64,000 nt of DNA from an uncultured Verrucomicrobiae bacterium (GTDB taxonomy: Bacteria; Verrucomicrobiota; Verrucomicrobiia; Limisphaerales; JAFGQR01), in assembly GCA_963788655.1 (NCBI GenBank), contig CAWBHS010000022.1, positions 64,001 to 128,000 on the forward strand. Direction: 5' to 3'. A program made the position numbers and the translations under genes. Within the stretch, counting starts at the first letter, position 1. Every line of letters begins with the position of its first letter. The notes below the pieces were generated by a model. The model ran no database searches. It was not told where the DNA came from and worked only from the letters and a program-made list of their open reading frames with translations. Below are positions 21,901 through 33,900 of the stretch, one piece after another.

Positions 21901-24900
21901 GCGATCAATCGATATAGTCCCGTGTCGATTTGCACCACGTCGCCCGCATCCAGATCGTAAACCGCCAGCAACGCGCGCAACGAACTCATGGGCCGGTTGG
22001 GCTGCTTGCCACTGTTCAAATTGTCACCGGTGGCTGAAGTAAATTCGTCGCCGGCCGTTGAAGCATCGTTCACGTAGAAACTCGTTCCGCTGTTCGTAAT
22101 TAAGAACGGCTCGTCAGACACGTCTTTGGGCGACGAGGCCACATTGGCGGTCACGCGGATCAGAGCTGTGTTGGTTTCGGTCACTGGTCCGGCCGTCCAG
22201 GCGAAGCTGGCGCGACCGTCATTGCCCAGAGCCAGCGAGGTTGCCAACGTCGTCCATGATCCGCCGTTGTTCGTGCTCAACTCGAGCGTCACGGTCGTGC
22301 CGGTCGCCAAACCATCCGAGCGCACCTCAATGGTGACGCTTTGGCCCTGCTCGAATTTCTCCAGGCCGTTTGGCGAAAGCACCTGGACAATTTGCGCGGC
22401 GCTCTTCGTAGCGGAACCCGTATTGCCAAACGCGCCCAGGTTCACGCGGCCGCCGTTAGGCGTCGGCTCCTGCGAAGCGTCACTGGCCAAATCGCCCGCA
22501 TCGACAGCCGGCGAAGTGCTTTGCAAATGGAAATTGTCGTCCACTCCATGATCGGCGCCACTGGCGTAACCCAGCAAATTGTCGGCGCCATCCGGATCAA
22601 CGGAGTAGCGGGTCGCGCGTCTGGCTGTGACCGTCGAAGCCCAATTCGTAGAACCAATCCACCCGGCGCGATGAACTCGAAGCTGCCCCACAGTGCCAGT
22701 TTGCCCGCGCCCGTTGTGAACAGCAGGCTGTAATCGCTGTCGAAACCAACCTGGCTGTCATCGGCTATGGACATCGCGTAGCCGCCGCTCACCCAAAGAA
22801 TATTGTTCCGCAACTGTACATCCCGCGAGTTGCCGGTCAATTGGACGGCGTCGCCGGCAAGTTGATAGACGGTGTTGTTCGTGACGGACACGTCGGTCGC
22901 CGCCGTCAGCACGATGCCTTCGACTGAGTTCGCATACACCAGATTATTCGCCAGCGACCCGGTGAACACGGTTACTGCGAGACCGACTCCATTGCTGTAA
23001 ATCGTGTTGCCCAATACGTCCCCGCTGCCCTCGGCGCGAATACCCGTGTCGGTGTTGTGGTAAACCCGATTACCCGTAACGGTCGTTCCATCCGAAGCGG
23101 CGATGCCGTCCTGGTTGTCATATACGGTATTCTGCGAAACCGTGCCGCCCACGGTCTCTATGCCGACGCCCTGAATATGGCCGTAAACCTCATTGCCGAT
23201 AACCTCCACGTTACCGGTCGCACGGATGCCGGACCACACGTTGTCGTACACTTGGTTGGCCGACAGACTTAGCAACACCGCACCGCCCGACGCCAGGATG
23301 CCCACGGCGTTATGATGAACTTCGTTGAGATTCACCAAGCCCGAAACATCAGCCAATTGCATTCCCTCCCGCGCGTGGTCGCGGACCGTGTTGCCGTTTA
23401 CCGTCACATCCTGGCTATAACGCAAATCGAGTCCCACCAACTGGCCCGTTGGCATACCGTCGCCGTAAATCTGGTTGCGCAAAATCTGCAACCGGTCGCT
23501 GCTCACTTGCGCATTGCCGCCGAAATAGATGCCGGCCTCGGTGCTGCCGTAGATGACGTTGTCGCTCAACTCCACGTCGTCGCTGTCCGAAGATTCGCCC
23601 GCCCATACCCCATACCGGCCACCAGTCAGATTCAGTCGCTGCACCGTTACGTTGTCCGCATCCACCAATTCAATCACCGCGGCGCCTGGTCCCGTACTTT
23701 GCCGGTCCAGCACAGCCGGATGGTTCATCGGTCCTTCAATGCGAACACCACTATCCTGCGCGGTAATGTTTACATTGGCGGCCAACGCATATTGCCCGAC
23801 ATCCACCTGAACCAGATCACCGGTGTCCAAATCGTAGGCCAGCAGCAAGGCCCGCAGCGATGCCATGGGATGGTCGGTTTGTTTGCCGCTGTTGGCATTG
23901 TTGCCCGTGGCGGTGGTGAACTCATCATTGAGCGTGCTGCTGTCGTTGACGTAGAAGTTCGAACCGCTGTTGGTCACCAAAAAGGCGTCGCTCAACACGT
24001 CCTGCGGTAATCCCGGCACATTGGCGGTTGCCCGAATGAGGAAGCTATTGGCCTCCGTCACGGGACCGGCGAACCACGTGAACGTCGCTTGTCCCAATGG
24101 ATCCAGCGCCAAAGTCGAGGTGAGCGTCGTCCAGTTCATCCCGTTATTTGAGGAGACTTCCAACGACAATGTATCGCTGCCGGCCAGTCCATACGTCCGC
24201 ACGAGAACGGTCACCATTTCGCCGGCCTCGAACTTTTCCAATCCGGTCGGCGTCAACACCTGCACATATTGCATCGGGCTCGTCGTGGCGGAGGTCGTAT
24301 TGCCGTAAGCGCCCAAGTTAACTCGCCCACCGTTGCGCATTGGTTCGTTCGAAAAATCGTTGGCCAAGTCGCCCGCATCCACGGCCGGCGAACTACTTTG
24401 CACGTGGAAGTCATCATCCATTCCACGATCCATGCCGCCGTTGAAACCCAGCAGGCCATCGGCGCCGGCAGGATTTACGAACAACGGGTTCGCTGTGAGG
24501 CTGTGCCGGTCAAAGCCCAGCTCGTAGAACCACGCCGCCCGCTGCGCAAATACCAGATTGCCCCATTGCGCCAAGCGGCCTGGGAAGGACGTGAAGAACA
24601 GATTGTAGTCGCTGTCGAATCCTGTCTGACTGTCGGCGGTCACGGAAAGCGCGAATCCGCTGCCCGCCCACAGGATGTTGTTCCGCAACTGCACATTCTC
24701 GGAACCGTCCAACACGCGCACCGCATCGCCGCTGGTTTGATAGATCGTATTGGAAAGCAGGGTTGCGCCGCGGACGTCGGCCAATTCAATGGCCGCGCTG
24801 CTGTTGTCATACACAATGTTGTGCGTCAGTTGGCCGCTGAACAACGTGTCGGCCCTAATGCCGGTGGTGTTGCTATAGACAAAGTTGCCGTTGACCTGCG

Positions 24901-27900
24901 CCGTGGTGATGGCGTGGATGCCGGTGCCGTTGGCATACACGCGATTGGTGGTTACGGTCGAACCGGTCAGTGCTTCGAGGCCAATGCTGTTTTGATAAAC
25001 CTGGTTGCTCACTGCTTCGGCGCTTCCCGTCAGGCTGATGCCCACATTGGTGGCGGACAAGTTCTGTTGTGTGACGACGTTATTCTCCACCCGCACGACA
25101 TCGACTGCCGTGATGCCGGTCAGGCGGTTCAGGAAAACAAAGTTGCCTTTGACGCTGGTCGCCACGTCCGCTCGCGCCCAAATCCCATGATCGTTCGCGT
25201 ACGCCGAATTGCCCGTGGCCAGGGCGTTGTTGGCGCGGAGGTCCAGGCCAATTGCATTGTCGTGAACGGTGTTTGCCTGCACCGTGCTGCGTTCGCTGTA
25301 TGCGCCAATACCAATGCCGAGGTTATCGCGCGCGATGTTGCCGCCGACGTAGGCGTCCGGTCCATACACGGCCAGGCCAATGGACTCGTTGTTGTAGGCC
25401 AGGTTGCCATCGGCAAACACGCCCGTGCCGGTCACGCCGGCCGGCGCCCAGCGCACGTCACTGGCCACCGGCACCATGGTGCCCACGAGCGTTTGCGCAC
25501 CATAAGAACGGAGGCCGTAGCGGTTGTCGTGAAATTCGTTGCCGGTGATCACCGTGCGGTCGTTGACCAAACCGCCCAGTTCGCGCCCCACGTAAATGCC
25601 GCTATCGGTCAGGCCAAAGAACTCGTTGTCCGCAATCGTCACGTCGTCGCTGTCCGAGCCGTCGCCGATGAAAACGCCGAACTGCCCGCCGGTAACGTGC
25701 AGTTGCCGCAGTGTGACGTTGTCCGCGTTCTGCAATTCAAACACGTAACTGAACAGGCTCGTATTGCCGCGATCCAACACCGTTTGCCGGTCGGGGAACG
25801 CCGGGTTCGCATACCCCTCAATCGTGACGCCTGCATCGTTCGCCGTGAGCAGAATGTTCGTCGCCAGCACGTAGGCGCCAGCATCCACGCGGATCACGTC
25901 ATTCGCGCCCAAGTCGTACGCTTCCAGCACGGCGCGAATGGATGCCTTGGGCGTGGCCGGTGAAAGACCGTCATTTGCCTCGTCGCCCGCCGCCAACGTC
26001 CAGTCGCCCACGGCGAACGCGCCGTCATTCACGTAATAGAAATGCAGCGTCGCCGTGATGGTGAACGGCTGGTTGCTAAAGTCGTCCTTGGCGGACGCAT
26101 CATTGCGCAGCACACGGATCAGGTAATTGGTGTTCGTGGACAAATTGTTGGGAATGTCCCAGGCAAACTCACCGTCGTTGGCCGTGCTCGATTGGATGGT
26201 CGCGATGGCCGAAGCGCCGCCAGTCTGCCACAGTTCGATTTTGACCGTGCCCACCGTATTGTGGCTGCGCCATAGGATGGTGTTCGTGTGTTCGGTCAGC
26301 CATTGCTCGCCGCCGTTGGGGACCAGCACCATCACGTATTCGGTCGGGCTCTTCGAGGCCTGCGCGGTGTTGCCAAACACGCCCAGGTTGATGAAGCCGC
26401 CGTTGAAACTCGGCTCCTGGTTGAACGCGTCCGCGTCGTCGCCTCGATCAATGCCCGGCGACTGGGCAGCGTCGGAGGTGAGCGTCGCCGCCGGGAACTC
26501 GGGCAATCCTGTGCCGGCGTTGATCACCGGTGCCAGTGCGCCGCCGTGGAAACTGCCGGCAGTGCTTTGCAAATGGAAGTCGTCATCCGCGGTGCCGAGC
26601 ACGTTATCGGCGCCATCAGCGTCCACGAACAACGGATCATCGGACAAACTGAGCCGGTCGGTGAAGGCCGCGTTCTGCCAATCGAAGAGCGTGGGATAAT
26701 CGACATCCTGCCAATGAGCCACCTGGCCGGTGCCGGTCACGCGGAGCAGATTGAAGTCGCTGGCAAATCCAAGTTGGCTGTCCGCCGTCACGGAGATCGC
26801 AAAGCCGCTATCCACCCACAGGATGTTGTTCCGCAATTCGATGTCTTCCGATCCGCCAGTAGCATCTCCTTCGATGGTCACCGCGTTGCCCGTCGGTTGA
26901 TAGATTGTGTTGTTGACGATTTGCACGGCGAAACTGCGCCGCAGCAACACGCCATTGTCGGCATTCGCATAGACCAGATTGTTCGTAATCGTCCCAATGA
27001 ACCGCTCGCCTTCGATGCCCGTAGCGTTGCCGTAAATCGCATTGGCACTGACCGCCACGTTGCCGCTCACAATCAGGCCATAACGGCTGTTATCCGCGAT
27101 GCGGTTTTCGGATACCGACGTGCCATCGCCGGCCACGATGCCATCGTAATTGTCTTGCACGACATTCCGCGCGGCTTGCGCAGTGCCGGTCAGGATCAAA
27201 CCGGCGGCTCCCGTTGTGGTTTGTCCGCTGATCGCATTTCCAAAGACCTGCACGTTCCCCGTGGCCTGAATACCCACCGTCGTATTGTCGTGAACCTGGT
27301 TGCCGCGATTCAACGAGAGGTCGTAATTCCCAATCACCGCCGGCGCGCTGAGGTTGTTTTCGACCACGATGCCGCTGGCGTTGCCATAAACTTCATTCGC
27401 CTCGAACCGTTCGATGGCGCGCCCGACGTAAATGCCCACGCCACCATTGTTGAACGATTGGGAATCCTCGAGCACCGCGTTCACCGCGTCCGATTCGAGC
27501 CGGATGCCATCTTCCGCCGCACCGCTGACCGACAAGTGCTGGCCGACAAATTGGGTACTGGCGTTGTGGACCCAAATGCCTTGCGCGCCGCCGGTGAACG
27601 TCAAATAACGCAACGTCACCCAATCGCCGTCGTTGACATCCACCCACACGAGCCGTTCGTCAGGGAATGCATAGTTGAAATTGGTGGCGCGTCCCGTGCC
27701 GGTCGGACCGGTGATGGTCAGGCCCTCATCATCATTCAACGCCAGGTTGCCGCTCAGCACGATTTGATGGAAGTGCAGGTAACTGCCGTCATCGACATAC
27801 ACCGTGCTTTCATCGCCCAAATCATAAATCCGCAGCACGGTCGGCAGCAGCGGCTTGGGGGCCTCGGGCAGCTTGCCGGTGTTGCGGTTCGAGCCGGTCG

Positions 27901-30900
27901 CGTTGGGCGTGTATTCGTCGTTCACATCGCTCGCGTCGTCCACGTAATAATCATTGCCATTCTCCGGGATCGAGAACGGCTCGGTGCTTTGGTCAATCAC
28001 CGAGTCGTCACCCACCAGCGAGATGCGGAGGTGCAAGCCGTGCGTGCCGTACGTCAGATACGTGCCATTGGGCAACGGGGTGTTCTGCGGAATCCAATCG
28101 AACTCGCCGTCGTCGAGCGTGCCCTCGGTGATGTTCAGCAGGAACTGCGGGCCTTGCGCTGAATCCTGATACACGTCAATCCGCACCGTGGTTTCGTCGG
28201 CGTTGTTGAACGAGTCCCAACGAATTGTGTGCCGCGCGGCCAGTTCCCAATCGGTGTAGAGGTCGGGGAATCGCAATGCCAGGTGAGCACGGCTGGACTG
28301 GTCTTGTTCAGCGATGGTATTGCCGTACGCACCCTGGTCGGGCATCACCGTGTCTGGTTGCACAAACAGGAAGGCGCCGTCGAGGAAGCTGTCATTGTTC
28401 GGCCGCGTTTCGCGGAAGGCTTCGAAGCGATAACTCATACTGCGCGTGCCCGCGGGAAGGTAGGCGCGATCGCCCACCAATTCCCAACGGTCGGTCGTGT
28501 TGGTAGCCAACGCTTCAATCGTCGATCCCAGTTGGTCACCGTTTTCGTCAAGGAAGGTCAACTGGAGCATCGCGCGGTCCTTCACGTCCTCAGTCAACGC
28601 CCGAATGCGTCCGCCAAATACCACCACCCAATCGGCGGAGTCAAGCTGCGCCGCAGTGTAGCCCGCCGCCAGCAGGTCCACGGTTTGTTCGGCCCACGCC
28701 AGCGCATCATGGCCGGACGCAAAATCGCTTCCATCCAGATACGCCGGTGGTGTCGCTCCGCCCAAGCCCGCGCTGGTGTTCACCGTCCAACCGTTGAGTC
28801 CGCTCTCAAAGCCGCCATTAACCAGGAGATTGTTCGCATCGTCTGGCAATCCCTGATCCAGCCGCGAATCGCCCGCATCGATGGTGGGACTGGAGAACCG
28901 TTGCGCCCACCGTCAGATCAAACATGTGGTAATCCGTCAAGCCATGCGCGACGAAGCGCGGTTCGGACCAATCCGGATTCACCACGGTCGTTCCCATCGA
29001 GTGCAAGTCGAACCGATACACGTCCTGCTGCCAATCGAGGATGTCCGTGAAGTCCTTCGCAAAATGCACGAGGATGCCAGCCCGGCTGGCGTGCAGCACG
29101 TTGTAGTCGCTGTAAAATCCGTGGCGGCTGAGCACGTCGAGGTCGATGTCGTAGCCGTCTTCCGTCCACAGGATGTTGTTCAGCAACTCCACTTCGCTCG
29201 CGTTGTTCGTCACGCGGACATTGTCGCCGCTGCGCGTGTAGAAGGTGTTCTGGTAAATCCGCACATCGGTCCGGCCATCGACCAGCACGCCTACGTCGGT
29301 GTGTTGATAAAGAAGATTGTGGATGATCAACAGGTCGTCGCTGGCTTCGATGCTGACGGCATTGTGGTTGAACCGGTTGAACTGGATCACGCCACTGAAC
29401 TGAGTGCCGGTCTCGTTCCGTTCGATCAAGTTGGCTTGCGCGAGGTCGTCCGGTCCCAAAATGCCGGAGCCGTCCACGCCCAATGGATTGCGGTAAATAT
29501 GTTGCCGCTGCATCCGGCCTTCGAGCAGCACGCCGGTGTCGTTCTTGTAAATCTCGTTCGGCTCGGTGCCGCTGACAAAACCCAGTGCCTCCGTATCGCC
29601 AGCCACCGTGGCGTGGACGCCGAGGGTGTTGCGATAAATGTCATTCGCGCTCAAGCCCGCCGCCGCTCCGTAGGCCACACCAGTGTCCCAATAGAACAGC
29701 GCGTTGTGCTCGATCAGGCCGGTGAACGGTGCGGTGATTTTCAAACCGATGCCGGACGCGCCGGACATTTGATTGTCCGCAATGTGCCCGCTGCTGGCGC
29801 CCATGATCGCAATCCCCACCGTGCCGCCGACGATTTGGTTATGTTCGATTATCACCGCACTGGTGCCAGCCAGGGTGAGGCTCACGCCGGTGGCGGCAAT
29901 ATCGTTGTGTACAATTTGAACGCCGCTGCCACCACTGATCGTAATGCCGCCCTCACGCACAACGCTGTGCTGGAGACTGGCATTGGTCGCATTGCTGAAA
30001 TTGATCCCGCCGCGCAAAGCCAAGTCCTGGAGCACCGCGCCGGTCTGGACGTTCACGCTGCCGGTGATGATCGTCGCCGGTTGGCCGAGCGAGAAGAGGT
30101 TGCGATGCGTCTGAAGCGTGCTGCCCGGCGCGCCCAGGATGAGCACGCCATTGTCGTTCGCGGAAATGGTCACCGTGCCGCCGTAAGTGCCCGCGTCCAC
30201 CAGGATCACATCACCGGGACTCAGGTCATAGGCGTTTAGGACCGACTGGATGCTGCGTTTGGGCGTGGCTGGCGTTAAGCCGTTGTTGGCGTCATTACCG
30301 ACCGCGCTGGTGAACAGGTCGCAAGCGCGCGAGGCGTCGTTCACGTAAAACACGCGGGCCAGATCAAAGGTGTTGCCGCGGAAATAAATCTCCGCCGTGC
30401 CGGGCGTGCGGTCCGCCCACGCGACGAACGGATGACCGGCCGCATCCACGTCCAACGCCATCGAGATCACCTCGCCGCCAGTCGGGCTGATGCCGCGCAG
30501 GCTGGCATCACCGGGAAGTTCTTCAACGAACGCATTGCCATTCCATTGCTCGGCAAAGATGGCGGTAAACTGGCCGGTCTCGCGGTCGGTGCGTTCATCG
30601 AGCCAGAGCAGGTGCAATTTGCCGCCGCCGGCAGACAGTTGGGGTTGGGTCGCCGCAATGTCGGTATTGGAAACGCCGCCGGCAAAATTAGCGCCGACGC
30701 CCGCGGCTGACCACGCACCACCCGCGTATTTTTCCGCATAAATTTCCGACTTGCCGCTGGTGTCGTCCTGCCACGCGACATACAGCGCGCCGCCGAAGTA
30801 GGCCAGCGTTGGGGCGTTGCTGGTGCCCGCATTGGCACTGACGCCACTACTGGAGGCGGAACCGCTGAGTTCAGTCCAGCCAGCGCCGCTGTTTTCGCGC

Positions 30901-33900
30901 AGGTAAATCTCCGTTTGCCCGCTGAACGGTTGCGCCCAGGCGACGGCCAGTTTGGTGCCGTCGGTTGCCAAGGCGAGACCAGTTACGTTGGTGGCGGATT
31001 GCGAAATGCCGTTGCCACTGGCTGAACCGGTGCCGACTTCCACCCACGCCGAGCCATTGAACCGTTTCGCATAGACGTTCGTCGTGCCGGTCGAACTGTC
31101 GAGCCACGCCACCACCGGGCCGCTATTGGCGCCACTGGTCACGTTTACAATGACTGCATGATCCGCCGCGCCGGTGCCGCTGATGCCACCACTACCCAGC
31201 GATCCGCCCAAGGCCATCCAGCCGCCCGCGCCGCCATTGGCCGAGGGATCGTAAAGCGCCACGTAGATGTCACTGCTCGGCGCCGTCGAATTCGGTCCAA
31301 GCCACCAACAGATTACCCGCTGCATCCACCGCGACACTCGGCCGGCGTGACGCTCCAGGGGTATCGCTGACGCCGCCGCCATGAGCGCTTCCCGCCAACT
31401 CCTGCCACCCGGCGGCGCTGTGGCGGACGGCGTAAATCTCATAATTCCCATTTCGCTTGTCGGCCCAGACGATGAACTGGGCGGCAGCCGTCGCGGCAAT
31501 GGCCGGTTCAATCGAGAAATCCAAACGCGCCGCTCATGCCCAGGCCCGTGGCGGAACTGCCGAATTCACTCCAGCGGCCATCATAGTCTTCGCCCTCCGG
31601 CAAGGTCGCTGCGGGCGACGGTGTTCACCGGTGATTTGCCGGCGGTGGGCGGCGGCGTCGGTGTCGGCGTCACGAAATCGCTGGGCACCGCCGATTCGCC
31701 GGTGCCGTAGTCCACGAGGTTGCTCGCGCCGGCGCCGGGATCAATGTAGTCATCTTCGCCTTCGCCGTACAACCAGTCATTGCCGCCCTGGCCAAATAAT
31801 CGGTCGCGGCCGGAGTCGGCTTCGCTGCCATTGGTGCCGAAATCGCCGTAGAGATAATCCACCGCGTTGTCGTCACCGGAATCAGCGGAATTGTGCCCGT
31901 AAATCACATCATGATCCGCGCCGCCCAGAATCAAGTCACTGCCGGCGCCGCCTTCGATCACATCGTCACCGGCCCCGCCATCGATGATGTCGTCGCCCTC
32001 GCCGCCGTCGATGGTGTCATTGCCCGCATAACCGAATATGCGATCGTTGCCGGCGCCGCCAATCAATACATCCGCGCTGTCGGTGCCATGAATGATGTCG
32101 TTACCATCACCGCCTTCGACACGCAGCATCCCGCCCTGGCCGCCGTTTAAAGTGTGCGCGCCATCACGAGCGGTCTCCGAAACCGCCGCCAAGCCAACCA
32201 AGATCGCGTCATTCCCGCCGAAGGTGCGTATCGTCGTCGGCGCATTGGCCAAGGCGTTGGCCAGGTTCACAGTGTCGTCGTCTTCGTCGGTGGTGATGGT
32301 CAATGAACTGCCCGTGATGTCGCCGCGCAGGTCCACCACGCTGCCCAATAACGGATCGGCATTGCCGTAATCGCCGCGGATCGTCACCGCATTGGCCGCC
32401 GCGATCAGCCGGTTGGCGGAACCATCCAAATCGTCGGCCACGTTCAGTGTAATCGCCCCCTGCGGCGCGGTGACCGTCGAGCCTTCCAGCAGCACGAGGT
32501 CTTCGCCTTCGAACGCCGAATCTTGCAGCGTCACGGTGATGTCGCCGGTCTCCGAATTGATCTGGTAGGCGTGCAACGCCGAGTTCGCCGCCAGCAGGGT
32601 GACAATATTGTGCGCGGACAGGTCGGTGCTGCGATACAGGCTCAACGCGCTGACGTCCGTGTTGGTGACCTCGGGCTGGATGCGGGCAATGTCGGATTCC
32701 AAAATCCGCGTGATGGTCCCATTGTCGTCCAGGTAAATGGCATCGCCGCGGATCGTGTGCGCGGTGCCGCTCGCGACCGTCGGATCGAGGGCAACGCGGA
32801 AGTTGTGCTTGCTGCCGCTGGCCAAGGTGGCGTCGAGGTCAATTACCGGCGTGCCGGCCAACGCGTCGGCGAGCGACGCTGCCAATTGGATCGTGTTCGG
32901 CCCCAGCGCAATCACGTAATACACCGTATCGCTCGTCAATCCGCCGATGGCCGATCCGCCGCCCGTGTCGTAAATCACCGCCTGGCCAGTCGCATAACCG
33001 TGCGCATAGCCAAGGTCAATCACGTCGCGCGCGTCATCCACGGCCTTGGCCGGATTGAAAAACGCTTCCACGCTGATGGTATGCGCGCTGCCCGTGGCGA
33101 CGGACGCGTCGAGGTCAATGCTTTCAACATCCAGGCTGTGCGCAGTGCCGCTGCCCACCGAACCGTCGAGATCAATGACCCCACCGGCGGGTGTGGCCGT
33201 CAGGAGGATCGTGGTGGCGTTGACCACCCGCACGTAATACGTCACCCCGTTGGTCAAGCCGCCGATGCTCGTGCCGCCCCCATTGCGATAGGTCACCGCA
33301 TCGCCATCAGAGAAGCCGTGATCGAAGCCAAAATTGATGCTGTCATTGGCGCTGTTCACGCCGAGCGTCGGATCGATCTGTTGAAGCGCCTTCAGACTAT
33401 GCGTGCCGGAGGCAGCCGAACCGTCCAGTTCAATACCTTCCACGGCTACGCTGTGAGCGCTGCCCGTCGCCACCGCTCCATTGAGATTGATGATGACCGG
33501 AATGGCGGCAACCGCATCGGCGTGCGTGGCGGCCAGTTTGATGGTCGTGCCGTTCACCACGACCGCGTAATACGTCACGCCATCCGTCAGCCCGCTGATG
33601 CTCGAACCACCACCGTTGCGATAGGTGACCGCCTGCCCGGTTAACAAGCCATGCGCATAACCGAGGTCGATGGTTTCGGCGCCACTCTTCACGGCGGAGG
33701 CCGGATCAAAAGTCGGTGGCAGCGTCTGGGCGTCCGCTTGAGTCAGTGCCAGCTTGATCGAAGTCGGACCGACCACGCGCACGAAGTAAATTGTGTTGTT
33801 GGTTAACCCGCTGATGGGGGCCCCGCCATTCGTGCGGTAAAGCACTGGATCGCCGTTGTTGAAAACCGGCGCGACGCCCAGATCAATGGTATCCGTTGCG

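Noticed and set aside
22600..31620. Programmed frameshifting, phase variation or stop-codon readthrough in the giant gene
   Set aside because: The shift sites have no slippery heptamers or long homopolymer/SSR tracts. The frame changes, so readthrough cannot explain it, and the same +1 pattern hits dnaB.
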